Shown: piece after piece, positions 9,087 through 17,687 of the stretch | Layout: each line of letters opens with the position of its first letter | How positions within the stretch are numbered: position 1 is the stretch's first letter | Position numbers and translations under genes: made by a program | Source of the DNA: a virus | Taxonomy: Duplodnaviria; Caudoviricetes | IMG/VR virus record: IMGVR_UViG_3300020042_006211 | Span: 1 to 28,999 of that record | Length of the DNA stretch: 28,999 nt | Reading direction: 5' to 3' (one strand) | Notes under the pieces: model-generated | What the model was told of the DNA's origin: nothing | What the model saw: only the letters and a program-made list of their open reading frames with translations | The model's database searches: none

Positions 9087-10909
9087 CCGCTAAAGCCAAG
9101 CCCGCGCCGCGCATTAGTTACGACAACTTTGCGTTGCCTCCCGGTTACGAGCCGTGGCATCTGTGTTTAACCAAGTTTGGACTTGGTAAAGGCGAGGAAA
9201 AACTAAAATGGTTTAAGCGTCTTGTTACTGAGCTTTGGCCAGAACCGCTATTCATGTGGGACAGGTGGAGCGACCTGTTCTTTGGCGCGTTGTGCGGTGC
9301 AAAGGAAACTGTTGAACAAACTATTGGCGCAAAGATTGAATCCGATTATCCGTGGTGGGAGCAATTAACAGCCACAGGAGCGGCGGGAACGGGCAAAAGC
9401 TCTAGGGCCGCGCTGTGGGTTCTTTGCAACTGGCTGTGCGCTCGCGAGCATACAACCTGTATGTTGACCTCAACCAGCGTCACTGCGCTTAAGCAGCGTA
9501 TCTGGAGCGAACTGGTGGATTGGATACAGAAGTGTAAGCAGCCATTGTCTGACCCCACGATTGGCTGGCTACAAATTGTGCCATCCGACACCATTATTCG
9601 GTGGAGTGGTGAGGATACAAAAAGCGCCATCTTTGGGCGTGCAGTCGATCAAGGTGGTTCTGTGGATAATGCGGTTGGGCGCATCAAAGGTATTCACAAC
9701 CGTCGCGTGTTTGTTGTGACGGATGAAATGACGGCTATGCCCGAGGCTATTGCCAAGGCGTGTCGCAACTTGGATTCTGGCACAATGGAGTTTCAGTTTA
9801 TCGGACTAGGCAACGCCACTGACTATTCTGATCAGCATGGAATTTACTGTGAGCCTGTGGACGGATGGAACAGCGTTACGGTGAATGACGAGTTCTGGTT
9901 GACCAAGCTGGGCGGTTGTTGCGTGCATTTGGATGGTCACAAGTCGCCATCATTAGATAATCCGGCCAAGTATCATTTTTACATCGGACGCAAAAAGCTG
10001 GAAAAAGATGCGCGCTTCTTTGGTGGCGAGAACACCCCTGACTACTGGCGCGAGTGCCGAGGCTTTTGGGCACCGTCTGGATTGTCCACAACGGTCATGG
10101 ATGCGTTCCTGCTATCACAGTTCAATACCGCTGACAAAGCTGTGTGGAAGGCTCGCTGGGAGATGGGCGCTGGCTTTGACGTAGCGTTTGAGGGCGGTGA
10201 CAGGCGCGTGCTTTATCCGTTCAAGTTTGGCGAGTTTGCCAGCGGCGTTAAAGGCATTGAGTTTCAAGCCCCGGTCATTGTGAACATCGACATGACGCAG
10301 GACAAACGCTTCATCCATTACGGCATTGCTGCTGCCGTGGAAGAGACATGCCGGAACTACAAGATTGACGGCAAGCCGCATCCAATCCTGCCCCACAACC
10401 TGGCGTGTGACGTAACAGGCGAGGGCGCAGGTCCGTTCGGCATTATGTCTGGAAGCTGGTCACGCGACATTATTCCGGTGGAGTTCGGTGGCGCAGCGGA
10501 AAAGACGGCGGTATCCGCAGACCGACCAACAACGTGGCATGAGCTTTACGGAAACAAAGTGACGGAAATCTGGTATTCAATGCGTCGATTTATTGAAGGC
10601 GGACAAGTGAGAGGGCTTACCGACGCTGACACAATACGCGAGTTGACTTCCCGCGATTACGTCCGTAAGAACAACAAGACCCATGTGCTGCCCAAGAGCG
10701 AGATGAAGAAGCTCAAGTCTCGCAGTCCCGATTTGGCGGATGCAGCTTGCATTGCCGCCTTTGTGCTTCGCAAAAAGGGGATTATGCCAGCAAGCGTAGC
10801 GGACAATGTGGTGATAGACTCAAGCGCATGGAACGCGGCTGCTGAGAAAATGAACATGGAAGGAAACGAATCAGACTACGAAGATTCAACTTCGGCTTTT
10901 GCAATATGA
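9083..10909 (+). CDS. terL: Terminase large subunit
   Basis: Walker A GAAGTGKS, Walker B VFVVTDE, coupling motif GLGN, RNase H-like nuclease motifs GFDVA..GGD and SPDLADA; lies upstream of the portal. Confidence 0.92.
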   Translation: MTAKAKPAPRISYDNFALPPGYEPWHLCLTKFGLGKGEEKLKWFKRLVTELWPEPLFMWDRWSDLFFGALCGAKETVEQTIGAKIESDYPWWEQLTATGAAGTGKSSRAALWVLCNWLCAREHTTCMLTSTSVTALKQRIWSELVDWIQKCKQPLSDPTIGWLQIVPSDTIIRWSGEDTKSAIFGRAVDQGGSVDNAVGRIKGIHNRRVFVVTDEMTAMPEAIAKACRNLDSGTMEFQFIGLGNATDYSDQHGIYCEPVDGWNSVTVNDEFWLTKLGGCCVHLDGHKSPSLDNPAKYHFYIGRKKLEKDARFFGGENTPDYWRECRGFWAPSGLSTTVMDAFLLSQFNTADKAVWKARWEMGAGFDVAFEGGDRRVLYPFKFGEFASGVKGIEFQAPVIVNIDMTQDKRFIHYGIAAAVEETCRNYKIDGKPHPILPHNLACDVTGEGAGPFGIMSGSWSRDIIPVEFGGAAEKTAVSADRPTTWHELYGNKVTEIWYSMRRFIEGGQVRGLTDADTIRELTSRDYVRKNNKTHVLPKSEMKKLKSRSPDLADAACIAAFVLRKKGIMPASVADNVVIDSSAWNAAAEKMNMEGNESDYEDSTSAFAI

Positions 10910-11541
10910 ACGAGATGACGCTAACCAACAAAACAATGGTGCCGCCTGGGGGATACCCGTTTAAACATCCAGCTACCGGCCACAATTTCAACAGTGGCAC
11001 ATACTCCCTCTTGCTTGGGCAGGTTCGTGACTACTGCACCGCCAACGGTTTCCCGCCAATTGACGAGCTAGACATTGAGCAATACATCTGCGAGCAGCTT
11101 GGAGCAAAGACCGCTCGCCGTTTTTGTTCTGGTGACGGCATTTCGGTTGACGGAGTTGATTTAGACTGGCGCGATATATGGAACGGCACAAAGGTTATGG
11201 CGTCATTTATTGCTGGTGGACGCCAAACTGTGGATCGCGCCGAGGCCGAACGACGTGCCGCTATATGTTTCTTGTGCAGCCGAAACGCTAAATACTCTAG
11301 GCCATGTGGAGGAGACTGCACAGAGCTTGCGGAACTGATTGTTTCCGTTGTTGGCGGTGAAGGAACATCCATAGATTTGGACCTCCACGCCTGTTCGGTG
11401 TGCAAATGCAGCAACAAAGCACAGGTCTGGGTGCCGATTGAGCATCTAAAACGTGGCGTTACACCGGAAATGATGGGGCTTTTCCCACAAAAATGTTGGA
11501 AAAAACAAGAAATTGATGCGCTGGACGCAGAAACAAATTGA
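10906..11541 (+). CDS. Cys-rich hypothetical protein, probably Zn-binding (211 aa)
   Basis: CFLC, CGGDC, CSVCKC and KCW clusters; ATGA-coupled to terL. Confidence 0.75.
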   Translation: MNEMTLTNKTMVPPGGYPFKHPATGHNFNSGTYSLLLGQVRDYCTANGFPPIDELDIEQYICEQLGAKTARRFCSGDGISVDGVDLDWRDIWNGTKVMASFIAGGRQTVDRAEAERRAAICFLCSRNAKYSRPCGGDCTELAELIVSVVGGEGTSIDLDLHACSVCKCSNKAQVWVPIEHLKRGVTPEMMGLFPQKCWKKQEIDALDAETN

Positions 11542-11567
11542 CTACTTACGTAAATAACGTAAAAACC
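11538..11567 (+). promoter_or_regulatory. Putative late promoter with palindromic TTACG-N7-CGTAA site
   Basis: TTGACT-16 nt-TAAAAA. The same architecture recurs at 20811. Confidence 0.55.
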
Positions 11568-11575
11568 ACCTACAG

Positions 11576-13930
11576 ATGTATAACCAAGAGACTCCAGACG
11601 GAAAACTTGCTGACCTAACCGAGTCGGGTGAGGTGGTAAAATCTCGCGTCTCGGACCCTAAACATGCGTTAAAAATCTGTCAGCGATTTGTCAACGACGA
11701 CAGGCTGCGGGCTGCTCGTCGGGCCAAGGTTCAAGGCGCATTTGACGGCAACGCGCCAAAGGCGCAGAACGATCTTGTTCGGGCTGGGCGTGGCAACGAC
11801 TCCAATCTAAACTTTAAGCGGCATCGCGGGAACATTATGAACGCGTGGACGCCGTTCTTTGACATGGTGTGCGAGGTTCCTTTGTGCATTGATGGCGATT
11901 TGGAATATGCGGACTCGGCGCAGGACGCAGAATTGATGCGTGGATTTGCTGAGTATTTCCACAGCATGGTCTTCAACTGGCGCGGGTTTGATGACATGAG
12001 CCAGCTTTGCGACTTGCAGATGCTCCTGCATGGCCCTGGCATCTTGGCGTGGGAGGATTCTCTGGACTGGCGACCAAAAGCAATTCTGGCTGGAAACATC
12101 TACTTCCCAGACGGCACCGAGATTTCTTTGGACAATTGCGAGATGGCAATGGTCTTTACGCCAATGAGCGCCGGGCAGCTTTGGCGCAAGATTGAGAACG
12201 AAAAGGCAGCAACGGCAGCGGGCTGGAATGTTGCGGCAGTAAAATCTGTCATCATGGATAGCGCCAACAACAACAGCGATGCCTACGGCTGGAATCGCGA
12301 TTGGCAGAGGTGGAATCAGGCGTTCAAGAATGGCGACATCTACGTGACCCAAACGCAGACCAAAAGAATCTCGCTTTACACGTTGTTTGTTGAGGAAATG
12401 GACGGAACAATTTCTCAAAAGATTGCTCCTGCAAAAGACGGGGTAGCAGATTACGCGTTTCTTTTTGACAGCGAAAGCAAGTATGAGGGGTGGGATCAGT
12501 GCCTTTGCTTGTTCCCTTACGACATTGGAGCGGACGGAACGTATCATTCTATCAAGGGGCTTGGCACAGACATCTACCCGTTCTGTGCGTTGCTTAACCA
12601 GATCGACAACAGCATTGCCGATCTTGTGGTGACGGGCATTAAGCCGATGTGGCAACCGACCACAAACGCCAAGCTGGAAGACTTTAAGATGGTCAAATGG
12701 GGTGGCGGCAACTTCATCCCCAACGGGATCAATCCGCTCCAATTGAACATGAGTCAGGGGATTAACCCTGCGCTACAGGTTTCTGCCGCGTTTACGCAAA
12801 CGCTAATTCAGAACACGGCAGCATCTAGCCAGCAAGATTTGGGCGCTCCTACGGTGGAGGAAACTGCCAAGGGCGCAATGATCCGCGCTGCTGAACGCGC
12901 AAAAATTTCCAAAGGTTTGTATAACCGTTACATGCGGTGCAAAGACCGGCAGTATTCGGAAATGTGGCGCAGGGCGACAAACCCTAATTTAAAGTCGTAT
13001 CATCCAGGCGCAAAAGAAGCGTTAAAGTTTCAAGAGCGATGCTATATGCTCTGCGACAAACTTGGAGTTGAACGCGAAGCATTGCAGGCGGTTACGAATA
13101 TCCGCGCCAATCGTTCGCTGGGACTAGGAAGCGCAGCTATGCGGATTGAAATTGTCAATCAGTTGATGGCAAACATCGACCGCTTTGATGAAATTGGACA
13201 AAACGAAATCAAGCGCCAGTTTGTTTCCGTGATGACAAGTTACCACAGTGTGGACTCAATCATTCCCAGCATTACAACTGGGCGAGACGCTACAAACGAT
13301 TCCGCATTGGCGGCTCAGGAGGACAATGGTTTCTCCATGTTGGGCGAAGAGGCACAGGCCATAGTAGCGCCAAGACAGAATCACGTTCTCCACTTGGAGG
13401 TTCACATTCCGTCTATGCAGAAAGACATGGAGATGTGTCAGGCTGGAGAGCAGGAACCAGAAGAATGCTACGACCGTCTGGAAGCAAAAGGCAAACATGC
13501 GGAAGAGCATCTTGCAAGATTGGCTTCAAATCCCACACGCCAACAAGAATACAGAGCGTTCAATGGCGCACTTGATGAGTTGGCTGCGTTTAAGGACGAG
13601 ATTCAAGCCATGCTGGAACAGCAGGAAGAAGACGCGCCGCCGCCGCCCGATCAGCCAACGCCGGAGATGGCGAAGGTGCAGGGCAATCTGGAAATCAAAG
13701 CGCAGAAGGAACAATCTACGATGGCGCTTCGTCAACAGAAGCAACAGTTTGAGCAACAGATGAAGTTGCAACAGGCGCAATTTGACAAGGCTCTGGCTGA
13801 TGCCAAGGCTGCGGCAGACATCAATCGTTCTACAGCAGAGAGTCGCGCTTATACCGCGATGGACATGGAGAAACGAAAACCAAAAATTGAAGAAACCGAA
13901 GTAATTGAAGAACCGATGAGCAATGACTAA
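11576..13930 (+). CDS. Portal protein (784 aa)
   Basis: Size, position after terL, TA-type motif (EETAKGAMIR) and a Q/A/K-rich C-terminal coiled coil reminiscent of the P22-type portal barrel. Confidence 0.8.
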   Translation: MYNQETPDGKLADLTESGEVVKSRVSDPKHALKICQRFVNDDRLRAARRAKVQGAFDGNAPKAQNDLVRAGRGNDSNLNFKRHRGNIMNAWTPFFDMVCEVPLCIDGDLEYADSAQDAELMRGFAEYFHSMVFNWRGFDDMSQLCDLQMLLHGPGILAWEDSLDWRPKAILAGNIYFPDGTEISLDNCEMAMVFTPMSAGQLWRKIENEKAATAAGWNVAAVKSVIMDSANNNSDAYGWNRDWQRWNQAFKNGDIYVTQTQTKRISLYTLFVEEMDGTISQKIAPAKDGVADYAFLFDSESKYEGWDQCLCLFPYDIGADGTYHSIKGLGTDIYPFCALLNQIDNSIADLVVTGIKPMWQPTTNAKLEDFKMVKWGGGNFIPNGINPLQLNMSQGINPALQVSAAFTQTLIQNTAASSQQDLGAPTVEETAKGAMIRAAERAKISKGLYNRYMRCKDRQYSEMWRRATNPNLKSYHPGAKEALKFQERCYMLCDKLGVEREALQAVTNIRANRSLGLGSAAMRIEIVNQLMANIDRFDEIGQNEIKRQFVSVMTSYHSVDSIIPSITTGRDATNDSALAAQEDNGFSMLGEEAQAIVAPRQNHVLHLEVHIPSMQKDMEMCQAGEQEPEECYDRLEAKGKHAEEHLARLASNPTRQQEYRAFNGALDELAAFKDEIQAMLEQQEEDAPPPPDQPTPEMAKVQGNLEIKAQKEQSTMALRQQKQQFEQQMKLQQAQFDKALADAKAAADINRSTAESRAYTAMDMEKRKPKIEETEVIEEPMSND

Positions 13931-14198
13931 AGCAGATTTCATTAAAGAGTGGGGCGCTGACTGGCGCAAACTGGCAGGCAAACCAGTATTCTCGGCGTTG
14001 CTATCAGCGATAGACGACGAAAGCCCTTCGCGAATTATTACAGCGCGAAGTGATGCAGATGTGCTACATGGCGGACCTGTGCTTGCTGCTGAGATTCGTG
14101 GACACGAACGGCTGCGGGCTTTTCTGGTTTCCCTTTCCACAGAGCAAGACAAACACTTTGAACCAGACGACAAATTCTCCGAGTCAGAAACCATCTAA
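13923..14198 (+). CDS. Small head-module protein (91 aa)
   Basis: Helical ORF overlapping the portal stop, in the slot between portal and scaffold that often holds a small protein in podoviruses. Confidence 0.65.
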   Translation: MTKADFIKEWGADWRKLAGKPVFSALLSAIDDESPSRIITARSDADVLHGGPVLAAEIRGHERLRAFLVSLSTEQDKHFEPDDKFSESETI

Positions 14199-14210
14199 TA
14201 CCAAAACAAT

Positions 14211-15365
14211 ATGAGTACCACCATTGCAGAAACATCGCCAGCCGAAACCAAATCAAGTCCGTTTAGTGCGGCATTAGAAAATGCGTTTAAAGGAGATAAC
14301 GCTTTGCCTGTTGAAACCGAAAGCCCATCACAGGAACCAGTTAAGGTTGCAAAGGAAAGCTCCAAGTCGGTTCCTGACGCTTTGTTCAAAAGGCCCGACT
14401 CCGATACCCGATCCGTTGAAGAATCGTTGCCAGAAAAAACTGCTGCGGATGAAATTGCCGAGCCGCCAAAACTGGATGCCAAGGGCAAAGCTGGCTGGGA
14501 GGCATTGAAGAAAACAGCGCGAGAAGAATCCACCAAACGGGCGGAACTAGAACGGCAAATTGAAGATTGGAAATCCAAAGGCCGCGATCCTGAGACACTG
14601 GAAAAACACCTTTCCGAGCGCGACAAAAGAATTGCTGACTACGAAGAGCGTGTTGCTCGCGTTGATTTGGAGCTTACAGAGAGCTTCAAGCGAGACATCA
14701 TTGAACCGCGCCAAAAGGAAATTGGTAAAGCCAAGGCGCTTGCGGATGAGATGGAAGTCAATCCAGACGAAATGAGTTCTGCTCTTAACTTGAGGGGCAA
14801 GGCTCGTTCTAATGCGCTTCGTGAAATGGGAATTGATCCTGATGGCGGTCGCATTAGCCGTATCATGGACAACCTGGACGAACTCCATGATCGTGCCGAG
14901 TATGATCGTGCAAATGCCAAGCAAGCTCTGGAATACCGCATTGAACGCGAGCGACTGGATAAGCTGTCCGAGCATGGCGAGTTTGTAAAAACCAAGTTCT
15001 TGCAATTTGATGACATGACCAAACGGATGCGATCAAAGCTGGAAATCCTAAATCAAGTAGATGGGCATGAGGACTGGAACACCAAGTCAAGGGGGGTCGT
15101 AGAAAGCGCACGCGCCTACATTCAAGACAATCCTTATGCCGATGTAGAAGCGGTAATTGAGGCGAAATCCATGCCAGTATATCGCGAACTGTTTCTGGAA
15201 ACCCGCGAGCGTGAGGCTGCGCTGGAATCCAGGGTGGCAGAAATGGAGAAGGAGTTGAAAGCCATTCATGGACGCTCGCCCTCTCTGACGCAACGAGGAC
15301 AGGCGGCAACCACTGGCAATTCAAAACCGTTTAGCTCTATGATCGCGGAGGCGTTTGGACAATGA
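14211..15365 (+). CDS. Capsid scaffolding-like protein (384 aa)
   Basis: Acidic disordered N-terminus, long E/K/R coiled coils and a short C-terminal amphipathic helix; lies between portal and capsid. Confidence 0.7.
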   Translation: MSTTIAETSPAETKSSPFSAALENAFKGDNALPVETESPSQEPVKVAKESSKSVPDALFKRPDSDTRSVEESLPEKTAADEIAEPPKLDAKGKAGWEALKKTAREESTKRAELERQIEDWKSKGRDPETLEKHLSERDKRIADYEERVARVDLELTESFKRDIIEPRQKEIGKAKALADEMEVNPDEMSSALNLRGKARSNALREMGIDPDGGRISRIMDNLDELHDRAEYDRANAKQALEYRIERERLDKLSEHGEFVKTKFLQFDDMTKRMRSKLEILNQVDGHEDWNTKSRGVVESARAYIQDNPYADVEAVIEAKSMPVYRELFLETREREAALESRVAEMEKELKAIHGRSPSLTQRGQAATTGNSKPFSSMIAEAFGQ

Positions 15366-16279
15366 TTCTTGTCATTGCGTTCTGTCATAAAGACAAAGCA
15401 AAAGCCGTTCGTCTTGCCAACTGGATTGCAGAGTTGGGTGGCACTAACAAACATGATCTTTTGCTTGGGTATCACGAAGACACCACACCGGACCCAATTC
15501 ACGAAATCCTTAAGCCCCACTTCAACCACGTTGGCGGATTCAAGATCAGCGACTCGGAGACAAACTATCCTGCAATTGCCAATATCATGTGGCATGAGTG
15601 TTTGAAAACCGTTGCAGATCAATTTAATGTCCCGTGGTTTTGGATGGAGCCAGACGCCGTTCCGTTGACACCGGATTGGCTAGACAAAATTGAGGACGAG
15701 TATCTTAAGGCCAAGAAGCCCTTTATGCTTGATCGCGTAATTACGCCAACACGCTCACACAACAGCGGCGTTGGAGTGTATCCTGGCAGAGTGCGCGACT
15801 ACACTACGCGCCTGTGGGAGCTTTCAAACATGCCGTGGGACGTGTTTCTGGCCGAAGATATCACGCCGTTTACACATCACACAGAACTAATTCACGACAA
15901 ATTCTATCGTGTTTGGGACGACCCTGACAGCGGGCCTCCAGTTTTTCCTGACGCTAATTCTCTTTCCATTATTGAACCAAGTGCCGTGTTGTTTCATCGA
16001 AACAAGGACGGCAGCTTGATTGAACGTCTTCGCGAATCGCGGGGTAGTGTAAGTGTAACACACCCCGTTCTCATCGGCGGGGAGATTGCCGGTGCAACCC
16101 CGGCCCCCGCAACTGTTGATGTTGCCGCAATGCTTCGTCAAATCGCTGAATTGCAGGAAAAGCTAAAAGCGCAAACTGTAACAACTCCGGTTACAGATGG
16201 AAAAAAGCAGCGCACGCCAACGCAGATTCAAGCCGCAAAAGACCGCATGGCAAAAGCGCGAGCAGGGAGAAAACCGTGA
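15362..16279 (+). CDS. GT-A-like glycosyltransferase with a C-terminal coiled-coil/basic extension
   Basis: N-terminal beta strand ILVIAF, DXD-like motif WFWMEPDAVP, SGVGVYP, PWD and C-terminal LFH.NKD. Confidence 0.6.
   Translation: MILVIAFCHKDKAKAVRLANWIAELGGTNKHDLLLGYHEDTTPDPIHEILKPHFNHVGGFKISDSETNYPAIANIMWHECLKTVADQFNVPWFWMEPDAVPLTPDWLDKIEDEYLKAKKPFMLDRVITPTRSHNSGVGVYPGRVRDYTTRLWELSNMPWDVFLAEDITPFTHHTELIHDKFYRVWDDPDSGPPVFPDANSLSIIEPSAVLFHRNKDGSLIERLRESRGSVSVTHPVLIGGEIAGATPAPATVDVAAMLRQIAELQEKLKAQTVTTPVTDGKKQRTPTQIQAAKDRMAKARAGRKP
16038..16112 (+). tRNA. Initiator-tRNA(Met)-like cloverleaf embedded in a CDS (pseudo-tRNA or tRNA-like element)
   Basis: Acceptor C-GCGGGG/CCCCGC-A with a C1:A72 mismatch and A discriminator; D arm GTGT-AAGTGTA-ACAC; anticodon arm CCCCG..CTCAT..CGGGG, 3 nt longer than canonical; variable loop AGATT; T arm GCCGG-TGCAACC-CCGGC; no encoded CCA. 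Confidence 0.7.
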
Positions 16280-16965
16280 ACTGCGACATCTTCATTCGTA
16301 GCTACGAAAAGGATTTCGAGTGGCTAAAATACTGCCTTCGTTCAATCCAGAGATTTGCTACCGGATTTAGAAACGTAATTGTGGTGGTTCCAAATGGGCA
16401 AACGCCACCAACCGGACCAGTCGAAAAGGTTTTCTATGTCCATGAAGGATGCGATGGATACATGCACCAGCAACTAACCAAGCTGCACGCGGACTGCTTT
16501 TCCGACGCCGAGGTGTTTCTGTTTATGGACAGTGATACCATATTCACTCGGCCAATTTCGGCCCGTAATGCGTTTGATTCGTGGCTCTACACACCATACT
16601 CCAGTCTAAATGATCCAAACACGATGACATGGAGGAAGGTTGTGGAGAAAGCCATCGGAGTATTTCCAGAATACGAGTTCATGCGAAGGCATCCGTTGAG
16701 CGTCCAGAAATGGATGCTGCAAGGATTGCGCGACTTCTTTTGGCAGAAACACGGCATGAGCTTGGAAAGCTACATCATAGCGCAGCCGGGCCATGAGTTC
16801 AGCGAGTGGAATGTCATCGGAGCGTGGCTGTGGTATTTTCATCGCAGCAAGGTGCAATGGCAGAACACCGACGAGAAATTGGGAGTTCCGTTTGTCCATC
16901 AGTCGTATTCTTGGGGTGGACTCAACGATGATATTCGCAAGAACCTAGAGGCGGCGCTGGCATGA
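16276..16965 (+). CDS. GT-A fold glycosyltransferase-like protein (DUF6492-like)
   Basis: DIFIRSY..D, CLRSI, GY..QQL.KL, DXD motif FMDSD and FSEWN..G. Confidence 0.7.
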   Translation: MNCDIFIRSYEKDFEWLKYCLRSIQRFATGFRNVIVVVPNGQTPPTGPVEKVFYVHEGCDGYMHQQLTKLHADCFSDAEVFLFMDSDTIFTRPISARNAFDSWLYTPYSSLNDPNTMTWRKVVEKAIGVFPEYEFMRRHPLSVQKWMLQGLRDFFWQKHGMSLESYIIAQPGHEFSEWNVIGAWLWYFHRSKVQWQNTDEKLGVPFVHQSYSWGGLNDDIRKNLEAALA

Positions 16966-17687
16966 GCAATGTGCTTGTGCTTGTTCTAAGTTCTCGCCGC
17001 GAACCGTGGGGCGATCTGATGGATGTCTCACTGGCAACGTGGGATGCTGACCCCCATCCTGATGTGCAGACGCTTTACTACTGCGCCCACGGCAGCAATC
17101 AGCTTATCCGTGACAATGTGCGCTATTCGGCAATGGAAGATTCTTTGGAGAATATCAGCCCACGCACTTTAGAAGCGTTTGGATGGGCGCTGGAACTGCC
17201 GGATTGGAAGTATTTGGCGCGACCTAACTCAAGCTGCTACGTCCATAAGGGTAATCTAGCCAAGCATTGCGACACGTTGCCGGAGACGGACGTATTGCGA
17301 GGTGCATGGGCTGGCGGTGATTCCGCCAATCCGTCTGTTGGATTTCTATGGGGAGGCGGTCAATACATCATATCGCGTGATGTTGTGGAGCGAATGGTCA
17401 AAGCCGGGGCTGGGTGGAAGAACGGACTCATGGATGACGAGGCCATAACGGACTGCGCCAAAGGGGTTGGGATTTCAATGAATCAAGGGTGCGTCTTTGC
17501 TACGATTAATGATCAGTTTGAGGGGAAGTGGTTGTGCATGTGTTACGGGCTTGGTGAACCGTTTACATTTACCGACTTTGCCGACTTGAAAAAAGCCGAT
17601 GGGCATTTCTTCTTTCGCGTAAAGCAAGATCATAATAGGCGGCTAGATGAGAAGCTGATGCGGGAGCTAAAGAAGAACCTGCCATGA
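16962..17687 (+). CDS. Glycosyltransferase, GT31/galactosyltransferase-like
   Basis: VLVLVLSS start, YLARPNSSCYV, F..GGG.YIISRDVV and DD.AI motifs resemble GT31-like enzymes. Confidence 0.65.
   Translation: MSNVLVLVLSSRREPWGDLMDVSLATWDADPHPDVQTLYYCAHGSNQLIRDNVRYSAMEDSLENISPRTLEAFGWALELPDWKYLARPNSSCYVHKGNLAKHCDTLPETDVLRGAWAGGDSANPSVGFLWGGGQYIISRDVVERMVKAGAGWKNGLMDDEAITDCAKGVGISMNQGCVFATINDQFEGKWLCMCYGLGEPFTFTDFADLKKADGHFFFRVKQDHNRRLDEKLMRELKKNLP

Noticed and set aside
11807-12742. 311-aa antisense ORF opposite the portal, and similar shadow ORFs at 2213-3100 and 5522-6307
   Set aside because: Shadow frames of long sense genes in a uniformly + strand region.
16038-16112. Canonical functional tRNA-fMet or an integration (att) site
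   Set aside because: Enlarged anticodon arm, no D-loop GG, no CCA and location inside a CDS; no integrase or duplicated tRNA 3' end is visible in the window.
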